A DNA stretch of 64,000 nt from the NCBI RefSeq assembly GCF_009914755.1, contig NC_060929.1. One strand, given 5' to 3'. How positions within the stretch are numbered: position 1 is the stretch's first letter; each line of letters opens with the position of its first letter. Under the pieces are notes generated by a model. That model was given only the letters and a program-made list of their open reading frames with translations. It was not told where the DNA came from and did no database searches. The translations under genes were made by a program, and so were the position numbers. Shown here piece by piece: positions 27,626 through 58,054 of the stretch. Source of the DNA: the human T2T-CHM13v2.0 reference genome, Homo sapiens.

Positions 27626-29935
27626 TTGTTTTCATGGTGGTATAGTGTCTCTCTTATGGTGGTTTCTCTGGTGAGCATTGTCATGGGATATGAGGATTGT
27701 TATGCTTGGTGCTTATTCCCATTCATCTTTTCATGCATCTATCTCAGACTTCGTTGTTCCTGATCTTCCAATCTTTCTTCTTCCAGGTGCCTAAGTAGCT
27801 GGCTCAGTCATTTGCCATTGTCCATGAATTTATGTATTTTCTAAGCTTGGCTCAGGTAACTTCTCTTTCCATACAAAGAAGATGACCAGGTCACTGCCCA
27901 AAACTTTGCTCACTTGGAAATTTCCTCTCATTCCTGTCTTTCAAGTATCAAGGGATACTGAGCCAATCCATTTGTGAACCAAGCTCTGACTTTTTTCTCC
28001 CCCATCAACTGGTGATAACAGGTCTTCCACACGATGTGAGAGAGAGGCACTGATAGAATAGTAGTAGATGACATTGGTGTCTAGGCTATCTGATCATGTA
28101 GACTGCATGTCCTGCACAGTCTTGCCTGTGCTTGATCTCACATGTACCAATTCTATCTTCTTATGGATTACTTCTGGGCCTGCTCAACCTTATGCCTTGG
28201 TGGGTCTGACAGTATACAGCTCAGGATGGGCAGTGCCATCTGCATGGTCACTTGACGGCCTTTCAAAACAGTGTAAATTTCTGCTGAAGATGGCATAACT
28301 TTGTTCCAGAACTGATGGTGTCTGCATTATGATTCCCACATTTGGGCTTTCCATAAATCTAATGGCATCTTCTTGTGTTACTGGTATTTCCAATAGTAAA
28401 AGATCTTTCATATTATGCAGCCCAGGAGGCACGGCTGCTTGCACCACTACCTGGATCTACTGCAAAATCCTTTCTACTACTCTCAGCCCCACTAAAACCT
28501 TGCAGCATTTCATCTTACAGAGAATGAGGTGTAGCATAGCATTATTCTCAGTTGTGGCACAATGGTGCCTCCATTGTCGAAAGAGGTCTCCTAAACATTG
28601 TGTTTCCGTATTCATGGTAGAAAGTGCAAGTGTAAAAAGCAATAATTTGTCCTGTACTTTGGAGGGGATGTCTTAGAATGCCTTAGGACACTGGGCCCTA
28701 AAACATTGCTAATGTGGTGGTTCCTTGAAACTATTTAGAGGTTATCACTCCCCTCTGGAACACTTGTGTCTTACCAAGGCCTTCAATGAATAGTCACTTT
28801 TTGTTCATCTTGTTCAATCTGCATGATGTTATTGATACAGTGAATGAAGGTGATATTCTGCAGGATGTCCAGCTAACTTATATCTCTTCAGAGTATATTG
28901 TAATAGACGGCAGGACAGTTAACATAGCCTTGGGGTAAGGTTGTAAATTTATGGCCCATTTAAGAGCAGCCTTAGAAGCACTGTGTTCAGACCATCTCCC
29001 AAGAACCTTACTAGGGTGTTAAATCCTCTATCCTAATATGGTGTTTCCTAACCGAGAAACTTTTTTGTTCCACATCCTCGATCACACACCCTCCAAATCC
29101 AGTGCTGTGCATAATCTCTCTGCTCCTGATGGTATATGCTGGTTATTAGATTCTGTAGCTGCTCTTGGATATATTCCTTCTTTTTCAGGCCCAACATATC
29201 TGTGGCCAGATTTTACTGTTAATTAAGCCTACTTATGGATATAGGTATCAGGAGGGAAGGAGAGGGAAGAGCCTGGGAAAGCTAATGTCTTGCTAGAGAA
29301 AAGGCTTTGCATTGCCTTCAAGAAATGAGGGAATGCTAGTCATTAAGAAAAGAGTAAGTCATTTCTAAAGACCAGATCAATTAAAAGAATCGAAGGACTC
29401 ATAATTTTCAGTGTCATCAACTTTATCCCATGTGTCACGGTCCCATTTCTCAACCAGAGTCCTGACCTTGGCATAGAAAATATGCATTTTTTAAGAGTTT
29501 AACCTTCTTTGGAGCTCTGCTACCTTCAGTCCTAGTCTTGGTCCTCAGCTTTCTCTCTCTTCTTATTGCAGGAACTGAGAGACTCAATGCTGCCAAAAAG
29601 TTCTTCCAGCCTTCACACTTAGCTTTTAGTTGCCAACTATCTTTTTTTTGGTCTTTTTCTAGAGCATCAATCAAACTTTGAAACTGTCATTCAATTCCTT
29701 TATTCTTATAATTAGTATTTCCTCCATATTTTTCAAATTCTTAATTACAGTGAAGGCATTCCTTTCCAGTAGTATATGATTCTAGTTCATCTTGCTGGAA
29801 GTTTAAAAAAACTGCCAGGGGCTATCTGTGCTCCACAGATATTAGTGGTTAGGTATTCATTATCTGCCCAACAGTGGGTGACCCAGCTCCAAAATCCATC
29901 CACATTGGCCTCCTTTCATCTTTCCTAGCAACAAA
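27625..29935 (-). mobile_element. Class III (ERVL-type, ERV3-16A3/ERVL-E-like) internal gag-pol remnant
   Basis: Minus-strand translation gives FTTLPQGYVNCPAVYYNIL (about 28893-28950, RT LPQG motif), HCINNIM (decayed HYIDDIM, 28822-28842), ETQCLGDLFRQWRHH and VQAAVPPGL..KDLLLLEIPV (connection domain), and gag WIWRVCDRG (about 29070-29100). Confidence 0.8.
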
Positions 29936-30010
29936 TGTCACAGGTTGATTTCCCTGGAAAGCAGACTCTGAGATAAAAATCAGCACACTGAAGACTTAAT
30001 AGACAGTGCT
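29936..30010 (-). mobile_element. Truncated ERVL LTR (LTR33/LTR41-like), U5 end adjoining the internal sequence
   Basis: tgtcacaggttgatttccctggaaagcagactctgagata resembles the antisense 3' end of LTR33-family LTRs. Confidence 0.55.
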
Positions 30011-30450
30011 ATTTTGGCTATTATTTCTTCCAATATTCTTTCTGTTCCATTCTTGTCTCATCTCTCCCTCTTGGACTCCAACTACATATTAGATCATTTG
30101 ATATTGCCCTCCAGGTTACTAAAACTGTCATCATACTTTTTTCAATCTCTTCCTGTTCTTCACATTGGATAATTTCTAGTACTCTGCATGCAATTTCACT
30201 AATCATTTCTTCTGGAACCTATAATCTGAAGTTTAGATTACCCAGTGAGCATTTCACTCCAGACATTGCACTTTTAGCTTGAAAAGTGACATTTGGCTAT
30301 GTTTTCAGTCATCTCCATCTCCCTGCTGGTATTCCCTATCTGCTCAGTCTTATGGCTACCCTTTCTTTTAAGACCTTGAATATACTTGTAACAACTTCTT
30401 TAAAGTTCTTTTTCTCTTAATCCTAACATCTAGATTGTCTTGAGGTCTAT
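30010..30450 (-). mobile_element. L1 ORF1 fragment
   Basis: ORF 30021-30206(-) LEIIQCEEQEEIEKS...TWRAISNDLIC resembles the L1 ORF1p coiled-coil/RRM junction. Confidence 0.7.
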
Positions 30451-30454
30451 TTTT

Positions 30455-31240
30455 ATATACTGGAGGATTCTGAACACAGCAGTGACACGCTCTAAATTTA
30501 TGTTTTTGAAAAAGTGCCACTCTAATAGCCGTGTGGTAAATGGAGTATAAAAGTCTATGTAAATGAGGTAAATGGATAAATAGGGATACAAAAGTCAAAT
30601 ATTGGGCACAACTTATGATGAGTTACAGTTAGATGGAAGATGACAGTGGTTTTGTCTTAGGTGGTGGCACTGGTGTGAATGAGAGGAATTTGGTTCTGAC
30701 CACCAGGTCTTGCTGATAGACTGGACAAGGACAGAAAGAGGAGTAAATTAAAGGATAAACCCCTGGTTATTGTACTCAGTTACTAAAACGGGGTTGCCAT
30801 TTGCCTAGATATCAACAGGGGAGAGAAAATATTCGAGGACAGAAGAAAACTAAGAGTTCTGTTAGTACATTTAAATGTGAGGTATCTATTGAATATCCAA
30901 GTGGAGATGTCGAATAGGCACTTGTGTATGAGTATGGAGTGCAGAGTGAGGGCCTGGATGTTAAAAATTTGGAAGTCAAAGGTATATGGGTGATATTTAA
31001 AGCCACAGTCTTAGGATAATAGATGTGAGGACTGAGCTCTGGTATACTTGTATTTATAGAGGTTTGGGGAATGAGAGGAACATAGGAAACGAGCTTGAAG
31101 TGAGGTGGAAGGAGAAATAAGAGAGAGTGGTATCCCAAAGACAAAGTGAATATGGTTCAAAATAAAGGGAGTAATTGGTTTGTCAAATGTTGCTGTTAAC
31201 TGGGAAAGGTGAGAAATAAGCCTTTGTTTTATCAGTCTAT
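30455..31240 (-). mobile_element. L2 continuation
   Basis: ggaggattctgaacacagcagtgaca...tatccaagtggagatgtcgaataggca...tgtcaaatgttgctg. Confidence 0.78.
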
Positions 31241-32212
31241 TGAGATTTTGGGGTTTGTTTCTGTAGCATATTAATGTATTAATCAATACTGTGTAATATA
31301 CCTTCTTGATTTTCTTGGAATTTAGATTCTAAAAGTAAGCATTTAACATTAACTAATAAAGCTACTGAGAGTCCTATATGAGAAAATTTTGGGCATTTGG
31401 TCCATAATATGATCTTGTCAATTAGAACAGTTATTTTCTACTTGTCATTTGAATATTCATTTATGGGGTCTTACTCACTTTTTCTAGTAACATTTATAAA
31501 AATTATCTTAATAATTGTATTTCTGAGGATAATAATTTATCACTGAAATGTGCATTCACCTCCCTTTTGCAGCCCAGTGATGCAGAGGTTGATACACAGT
31601 TGATATTCAATAAATGGTAAATGTGCCCATCAAATATCTATTTTATTAATGTTATTTAACATGCTATTACCACAATGATTGCACCATTAAACTAGGTTGT
31701 CAAGGACCAATCTCAGACAGCACAATATATATGGAAGTTGATTTCCTTACTGAAGGGTCAGAAACCTAATTTAAAAACATGAAAGGGAAATGAAGTATGT
31801 TGACTCACGGCCATGAGGGCCACGGCAGAAGACTGTGTAGATGCCAAGGTCCTCGCTGAGGATGTCTGAAGTCTAGGCCAATCTCTAATCTCCAACCTAC
31901 TCTGTGTTAGGAGGCTTTACAGGGTGGAAGGAACACTTTTATTAGTCCACCCAAAATAGGTAGGTATCTTTTGGTAATCAGGTCTTGAGGGGGTACACTT
32001 ATTAGCACAAATCAGCATATCTGCATATAGAAGACCTTGCAATGGAGTGGTATCCGGAAAAAAATATCATTTTGGGTCTGACGGGTTCAGACAACACTTT
32101 TAAATGGGATCTCTCAAAGTGTGATGAGAACCAGAAAAAAATGGCTATTTCTAGTAGCTTCGGTACAATTGAGCAAGAAACACCAAAGGATGGTCTTTTC
32201 ATAACTTTAAAG

Positions 32213-32438
32213 CAGTGTGGTTCTCAAGTAGGGGGTATATTTGCCCTCTGGGGAATATTTGGCAATGTCTGGAAACATTTTTGATTGCCATAACTAGAGG
32301 GAGGAGCGGTCACTAGGCATCTAGCGGGAGTAGAAGCCGGTGATGCTGCTAAATATCCTGCAAATGCACAAGATGCCCCATCCCCAAGAAAGAGAAATGT
32401 CCATTCCAGAAGTCAACAGTGTCAGTTGGGAAACCCTG
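32213..32438 (-). mobile_element. MER20 about 1 kb upstream of the ISOC1 ATG
   Basis: cagtgtggttctcaa...atttggcaatgtctggaaacatttt...ggcatctag...gatgctgctaaatatcct...gaaaccctg; perfect 8-bp TSD CTTTAAAG at 32205-32212 and 32439-32446. Confidence 0.9.
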
Positions 32439-33464
32439 CTTTAAAGGTTATTTTCTTAGAAGAGGACAGCTTTAATACCTAAAATCTAATTTTATGTTTA
32501 GGCCCATGCCTATCTTCGCAGGACTCAATTCCAAGGAAATTCTGTTCATAATGCATGCTTTCTAATTCCAGTTAATTATAGCGCCTTACAGTGTGCAGAA
32601 GGCAGAGGATTGTTTTATTTGAAAGTGATCCCTTTTACTTACTTAAAAACAGATATCCTTAGTTTCAATATAAAGTTCAGATTTTTGCTTTTAATAGTAT
32701 TTATATTCCCAAATCCAAGTCCTCCCAGAAATAGGTTGAGATGAAGGGAGGCCAGATATCAAATCCATTCCTAGAGATATTGTGTTCTGTGGGACCGAAA
32801 AAAGACAAAACTTGAACCTTGACTGGCCCTCTAAGGATTAAATTCTGCTGCTCTTCTTAGGGTATCTATCGGACTGTCCCTTTGGTTGTAAGATACCACT
32901 GCCATCTCGAGGAGGACTGCATGCTTCTGCACAGAGCCAACAGGTAACTCGTCCTGGCGGCTCTGTGTACCCAACCACAACCCTAGACTGCCAAGAACAC
33001 TGCTCATTCGAAGGCGAGCGAAGCCGCGAAGAGGGCCAGCGTTAGGGGAAGGGTGGTACAAACCCTTGTGTGAGCTGCAGCACCGGGGCAAGAACAACGG
33101 GCAGCCCAGGCGGGTCTTGGGTCTGCGAGACCACTAGGCGTTCTGCCGGCAGTCAGAACCGCGGCAGAAAGGGCGCGAGCGGGGAACTGCGGGAACGCAG
33201 CGGCCCGGGAAGCTGGAGGGGGCGGACCCGGCCGGCGAGCGCAGGCGCTCCCTGGCTCACGCGCGCACCCCGGCCCCACCACCCACCCTTACGCCGCGGC
33301 CCGCCCTCCGGGGCGGGTAAGAGAGCGCGCGAGCAGCGGTCGTCAGGACACGCCCCTTCGCCTCCGCGAGCTGGCGGGCGGGCTGGCAGCGCCGGGAGGC
33401 GGGGCCGCGGCAGCCGGCTGGGTGCGACTGGGCGGCCTCGGAGCTCGCAGACGCTCGGGGGAAC

Positions 33465-51711
<18,247 letters not shown>

Positions 51712-52845
51712 GACATTTGAAGAACTGGTATGCTACTCACTGGTGAAGGACAGTCAGGTGAAGGACTGTAAGCCCACACAAGCTCTTCTTATCTCTACTA
51801 GAATTAAAATGTTAAGTCAAAAACGGCTCCTTTTTTGCGCCTCCTAGTGAAACTTAACCAGCTAGACCATTTGAGTACCAGCATTTAGTTACAAACGTCA
51901 AAGGCTTCCGGTGCTGCTTACCTTCCTTTTTTGTTAATGTGCTTTTATTTATTAAAAAAAATTACAATGAAGATGCCTGTTTTGTCTCTACTGTGTACTC
52001 TGATCGTATCTTTCCAAAGTGCAGACTCTTGTGAAGTTTTCTTAAATTGTTCACTTTAAAGAAAATGACGTACCAACAATGATTTGGCTTTTATATTACT
52101 GTAAGATGTTATAATGTTAATGTGGATGTAGTGCTTTTACTTTACAGATTGATTGGAATAAGATTATTGCATATGAATTTACCCACAGGACTCTGAATCA
52201 TGTTACCCACTCCCCTCACAATGTTGTCCACTTAGTGAGTTGCATTGATCTATCCGTACCAAATGATGTTGAATAATTACATATCTTTCTTGACTATACT
52301 GATTTCTTATTTTGGTCACTATTACTAAATCTCTGTTAATATTCTCTCTTTTAACTGAAAAGGGATGGGATAGAAGGGTTTGCAATGCCATATTATTGGT
52401 GGAGGGCTGTTTTAACATCTTTGAAGTATGGCTTGCTGAATATCTTTACCAACATCTTGAATATATATTCTAGTGTCCACAAGATTTAGCAAAAAGATAA
52501 AGCTTGGGTGGAATATCATTTTAAAATGTTCATGTTCTGTTCTATATTTTCTTCACCTACTCTCCAAATATTGTAATGCAAAAAGTCTCAGTAATGATTT
52601 GGTAGTATTAATTTTGTGATCATTGTTTCTCTTCGATAAATTTATTTTCATTAAATACTTATTAGAGGGTTTTGAAATGTTTTTCAAATATGTGAAATGT
52701 GAAACTGCTGTCTTTTATATTAAAGTAATTAAAGAAAATGTATTGTGATTGAAATTATTTTGTCCTCCACAAGATGGCTCTATGAGTATTCTTCCAGGGA
52801 TTCTAATATTTATTTAAGGTAATAAAATCTTGACATTTATAATCT
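51712..52845 (+). other. ISOC1: ISOC1 3'UTR (3' end approximate)
   Basis: Repeat-free, AU-rich sequence after the stop codon, ending in a cluster of poly(A) hexamers. Confidence 0.75.
52650..52826 (+). terminator. Polyadenylation signal cluster: ATTAAA 52650, ATTAAA 52719, ATTAAA 52728, AATAAA 52821
   Basis: Hexamers read directly; GT-rich tgtattgtgattg follows the 52719/52728 pair. The dominant site cannot be determined from sequence. Confidence 0.7.
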
Positions 52846-53081
52846 TTCAACTCATGGGAGTTTTCAAAGAAGGAAAATCCTTTGTACGTAGGGGCAGATG
52901 GATTTTACTAAAGGGTGAAAGGCCTTCTTCATTAAGAGCAGATTTTTTTTTATTTTTCCTATTGGCAGTGGTAACAAATAGCAACCTGGTGTGTTTAAAT
53001 ACTTTTTTCCAACCATTTGTGTGTCAAAAAAGAAGAATCAAAGATTTCTGCACCTTTGAAAAGTTTTTATTAAATTTAACC

Positions 53082-53270
53082 TAGTGCTTCTCAAACTTTA
53101 ATATGAATGCAAATTATTTGAGGATCTTGTTAAAATGCTGATGCTGACTCAGTAGGTCTGTTGTGCAGCCTGAGGTGACATTTTGCATTTCCAAGGTGAC
53201 ATTTCGCATTTCCAAAAATTGGGCATTTTCCACCAGTGCTGTTCAGAAAGGACCATATTTGAAATAGCGA
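53082..53270. mobile_element. MER5-type element with an internal 21-bp tandem duplication
   Basis: tagtgcttctcaaacttta...gatcttgttaaaatgctgatgctgactcagtaggtctg; AGGTGACATTT(T/C)GCATTTCCA x2 at 53173-53214. Confidence 0.78.
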
Positions 53271-53384
53271 GAATTTAACTCCAGACAACTGTTTTCCTCC
53301 ACTGCACCCAAACCTTTCAGGGCTCAGTGAAATACCAGTACAGTGAAGCCTTTTCACAGGTGAAACTAATTCTGTGACGTCAGC

Positions 53385-53880
53385 TTCGTTTCCTCTGCCT
53401 TCCATAACAAACTATTATACCACAAACAGTGTCGTAAAACAACGGCACAAGTGTATTCTCGCAGTTCTGTAGGTTAGAATTCTGAAATGAGTCTTAGTGG
53501 GCTAAGATCAAGGTATCAGCAGGGCCGTGTTCTTTTCCGGAGGCTGTACGGAAGAAACTGTTTCCTTGCTGCTCTGTGCTTCTAGCATTCACCCATGTTT
53601 TTTTTTTGTTTTTTTTTTTTGGTTTTTTTTTTTGGCTTTTTTGACCCCATTTCTACCTCTTCTAAGCCAATGAAGGTGTATCTGTTTTTTCTTATGTCAC
53701 ATCTGTCTGACTCACTCTTCTGTCTTTCTCATTCTGACTTAAGAGCTCATGTGCTTTAAGGTCATCTGATCAGAACCTTATTCCATCTGCAACCTAAGTT
53801 TTCTTTTGCTGTGTAACAACATATTCACAGGTTCCAGGGTTTACAACATTAACATCTCTGGTGGCCACTCTGTATAACAC
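53385..53880 (-). mobile_element. MaLR LTR (MLT1B/C-like)
   Basis: cataacaaa...taccacaaac...cagttctgtaggttagaa...gggctaagatcaaggtatcagcagggccgtgttc...catattcacaggttccaggg. Confidence 0.8.
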
Positions 53881-55299
53881 AGACACCGCCATGTGATTTA
53901 GTATTTTATTTCATTTTGTCATTTGTCATATTTCCATCTTTCCTGCTATATTATAAGCTCTCTGGAAGCAGAGACCGTGAATTATATATAGTCATTCTGG
54001 AAACATTTTGAAAACCCACTAAGTTCTAAACATTGTGCTTTGTGCTTAGGATAAAAAGATGCCCCTAGGAAACTTATGCTATGGCACAAAATCAGATACA
54101 ATTCTCAGTAAATGTGAATTGAATTAAATTATATCAGAGGTCCAGGAATGTCAATATAATACTAAAGTTCAGAATAACTGTGAATTCTGCCTTCTCTCTT
54201 TTTTTGTACATCATGCCAAGCAGGTCACTGACAAGGCTTTATTATTACAAGAAAACCAAATTGATTATAATACATTATGCCTTAAAATTGGAAGCATCTG
54301 TAACTTTGTAGGATAATGAAATTCTTTCAACTGATGTAAATAGAGAACTTGACTACATAAGCAAAAGAGTAGTCATTGTGTTGAATTGCAAGGGTATGGG
54401 AGCAGGAGCAAGAGGATTCACTTATTGAAATGCTAAAACATCTGTAGAAACTTATTCTAAAATTAAAAGTGATAACTTATTCCAATCAGGAAACAAAATA
54501 TCCTGTTACATCCGTTAAAGTAATACATTTCTCAACGTGGAATATATTCCCTCTCTAAAAGTTGATGTTTGTGTAAATATGACTTTAGAACTGGGTGGAA
54601 CTATAAAGATCATGATCTCAAAGGTCCATTTCAGCTCCCAAATTCTAAAATGGTTTTATTTTACAGACACAGTTAGTGAGGCCCAGAAATAAATGATTTT
54701 TCCAAAGTTGCACAGCAGGATGAGAACTGAGGTTACTTAATTCCCTGTCCTGTTCTTTCTTACGTTAAGTGATAATGCTAAGGATTATCAAAGAGAGAGG
54801 AACAATAAATATATACAAAAGAGTATGCATTTTATAATTTCTGTAACAATAATTTTGATTGGCAAAGCTAATGGGATATACTCTTGCTACTAATTAATAA
54901 CTTTCCCTGGCTGTAACCTTAAATCTAGTCTTATTTCTTCCTTGATGATTTTCTCTAAAGCACATTTCCTAACTAATTTGGGGAAATGGCTAAAATATAT
55001 GAAAATTAGTCATTTTCATTATTAATTTTGAATTAATTTTCCCACATCATCAAATTGATTAGTGCTTCCTTAGTCCTCTATAGAGCATTCTTTCACCATG
55101 TAAACTTTGATTTAAAATATTTTAAAAATCATTAAGCTACCATAATGAGATTTATCAATTACCTAGATATGATTGAACTGAGTTTTTTAAATATGTGGAG
55201 TTGGCTTTCAGAATTTTTATGTCATATTGCTTTCCTTTAAGTTGTTCCTAAGTTTTACTTACTGTACCTTAACAGTAGACCATCTTATCAAGAAACCTT

Positions 55300-55358
55300 A
55301 TTTCTGGAAGACAGGCTCCTTGATATACGGTAAGAGAGTAGTTCTTAAATGTTCATGC

Positions 55359-55396
<38 letters not shown>

Positions 55397-55530
55397 CTGT
55401 GAGATGATGGATATGTTAATTAGCTTTGCTGTGGCAATTATTTTACAGTATATATCATATATCAAAACAGCACACACCCTAAATATTTGCAGTGTTTGTC
55501 AATTATTTCTCAGTAATGCTGGAAAAAAAT
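55300..55530 (+). mobile_element. L1MA/MB 3' end with (CA)n at about 55358-55396
   Basis: taagagagtagttcttaaatgttc...tgtgagatgatggatatgttaattagctt...tttgtcaattatttctcagtaatgctggaaaa. Confidence 0.8.
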
Positions 55531-55620
55531 TCAGCATTGCATTTATATACTTAAAGATTTTTGACCTGCAGTATGTAAACCTATTAATTCCTATTGGAGA
55601 GATTATAATCTTGATTTGCT

Positions 55621-56244
55621 TGCTATAGGAAACAATTCTGAAATGGACCCCAAGAGTCCCACTTCTCTGGTATACACACACCTCCTCCCGATTATGCAAT
55701 CAAATGCTAATCTAGGTACCTAGGTAACAGGTGTAGAGAGTTTTTGCTGAGGTAATTAAGGTCTCAAAGCAGTTTACCTTAAAATAGGGAGACTAGCTTG
55801 GTAGTCCTAAGCTAATCAGCTGAGCCTTTAAAAGGGACTGGGCTCTAGCTGGCGAAAGAGATTCTAAGAGTGAGAGGTCTCCGGCAGGAGAGAGATTCTC
55901 CCTTGCTGACTTTGAAGATGTAAGAGACCACATGGTAAAGATGTGAGGATCCTATCATTTGGAAGCAGGCCTTTGCCAGCAAGGAAGCAGGGACCTAAGT
56001 CGTACAACCAACATCACTTAATTCAGCAAACAATGTGAAGGAGCTTGAAAAAGAGATTCTTCCCCAGAGCCACCAGATAGAAGTGAGGTCTGGCTGACAT
56101 CTTGATTTCCGCCTGTAAGACTCTGAGCAGAGAATCGCCATGCTGTGCCTGTACTTCCGACCTACAGAACCATGAGGTAATCAATTTGTGTTTTAAGCTA
56201 ATAAATTTGTGGTAATTTGCTATGCAGCAACAAAAAATGAATAC
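55621..56244 (+). mobile_element. MaLR LTR (MLT1E-like)
   Basis: gtatacacacacc...aatcaaatgctaatctaggtac...gaggtaattaaggtc...ctgacatcttgattt...tttgtggtaatttgctatgcagcaa. Confidence 0.82.
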
Positions 56245-57616
56245 TTTTGTATTTGGCTTTTTAAAAAAATGGCAATCATTTTTATTTGGAGAGAGCTGTC
56301 TTACTAAACACGCAGGACTTCAGGTGGATATTATCAGGCTCACTTAGTGTTTGTAATAAAATGAACTTTTTTCCCCAATTAAATAAAAGCATTGTTTTTG
56401 AAATTAGTCCTTGCCAGAATACTGGGTTTACTCATTGATTTTTAAAATTTTAATAGCATAACAGGCAAGGGTGTTTTAAGAAAACAAGAGTGTGGAACTG
56501 TATTGTGAAAAGCAAGAGTTTCCTATTCCTTCCCTTTGCTACCCTACCCTTATTCTTATTCCCTGGAAGAAACCACTCTAACAGCCTTTTTGTCTTCCTC
56601 TGCCAGCTGCCTTCATAACTGAATAATATGCTTATGAAAGGTGTTATTTAAACTTTTAGGTAATGTCTACTAATTGTTTCCCCTGGAAGATCAGGATTTT
56701 GGCTTACTTACATTATCTTATCTCCACATTGCTCCTCCTGCATGTATCATCATTCATGCAGTTTAGTTATATTTTCAGTTGTACTATCTATGTTATTTGG
56801 TAGAATCGACCTGTCTTTCTTGTCCTGGACATGGACATCTTTGTGGACTGTCCATCTGCCTACCACAGACAATAACTGAAATCTCCCTGAAGGTTCAGGT
56901 CCCAAGTCGGGCTCCTTATCACTGGTTTCCTGGTATGCGCTCCCCTCTCCAGCATTCTTTAAGTCCTGGATTCAGAGAGTGAGAGAAATGTCACAGCACA
57001 GGTGATAACTGCAGAACAGGAAAGGGCAGAAACCTCCTCCCCTAAAGAGAAGGATAATTCTTAGGTGTGTAAAATCAAACGTCTGTATTTACTGAACTGA
57101 ACTCTCTAGCCCTGTGTTTCTGCTGATGTGGAAAACATAGCTAAACATAATCACTCCAAGATCTCATTGAGTTTCTTTTGGGGTAAATAGCTTTGTTCTT
57201 CAGAGGCTTATTTGCTGACTGGCCCTTGGTCTTTGGCTTTTCTCCAAATGTCCAGTCTTCACAGGTTTCTGGTTACAGACCCTGTCATACTGCTTGAATT
57301 GTGTATTCCCCTTGCCTCCCCAGTTTCATATTTTTACAGCTCACTCTGCCTTTTGTTAACCACAGATTTTCTCTAGGGCCTCTGGCCTTTTCTCAGCCTT
57401 ATTCAAACTTTGGAGTTTGGGAAGATTTGGGATTATCTCCTGAACCAGCCTGGAGCTGAGAGGGGAGAAGTGTAAGGAAGGATGCTCTGGGCTCTGTGCC
57501 AGGTCATCCCTTCCAAGGGGCTTTAATGAAAATTGAAGTATGGATCGGCTCTTAAGCTTTTTTACATTATCAGGTGTTTCCTCTTGCTCTCTTTCCCCAA
57601 TTGTTCATTAGAAACC

Positions 57617-57980
57617 ATATCAGTCAGGGTTGAATAAGAGAAACAGACCAGTAGGAGATATAAAGTAATTTATTGCAAGGAATTTGCTTACCCAATTTGA
57701 GGGCTGTCTAGACAAGCCTGAATTAGTATGGCAGGTCATCAGGAAGGGCAGGATAGAACTCTGTGGTAGAAGCTGACACTGCAGTCTGTAGGTTGGAACT
57801 TCTAGGAAACCCCAGTTCTGCTCTTAAGAGCTTCCAACTGACTAAATCAGGCCTACTAAGATTATCAAGGATAATCGCTATTCCTTAAAGATCATGAACT
57901 TCAGTCACATCCACAAAATAACCTCACAATAACACCCAGACTAGTGTTTGGATAGCTGAGAACTTAGCGCCCTGCCAAGT
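57617..57980 (-). mobile_element. ERVL LTR (MLT2C/D-like)
   Basis: cagtcagggtt...agagaaacagaccagtagga...atttattgcaaggaattt...ccaagttgacacataaa. Confidence 0.8.
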
Positions 57981-58054
57981 TGACACATAAAGCTGACCCT
58001 TGAATGAATTATTATTCAATAGCAATCTCTGCCTGAGAACTTAGAGTAAGACAT

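Noticed and set aside
28068-29674. ORF cluster as a possible domesticated ERV gene
   Set aside because: Gag and pol are broken by stops, frameshifts and a large deletion, and the catalytic YIDD is lost. The + strand ORFs are antisense shadows.
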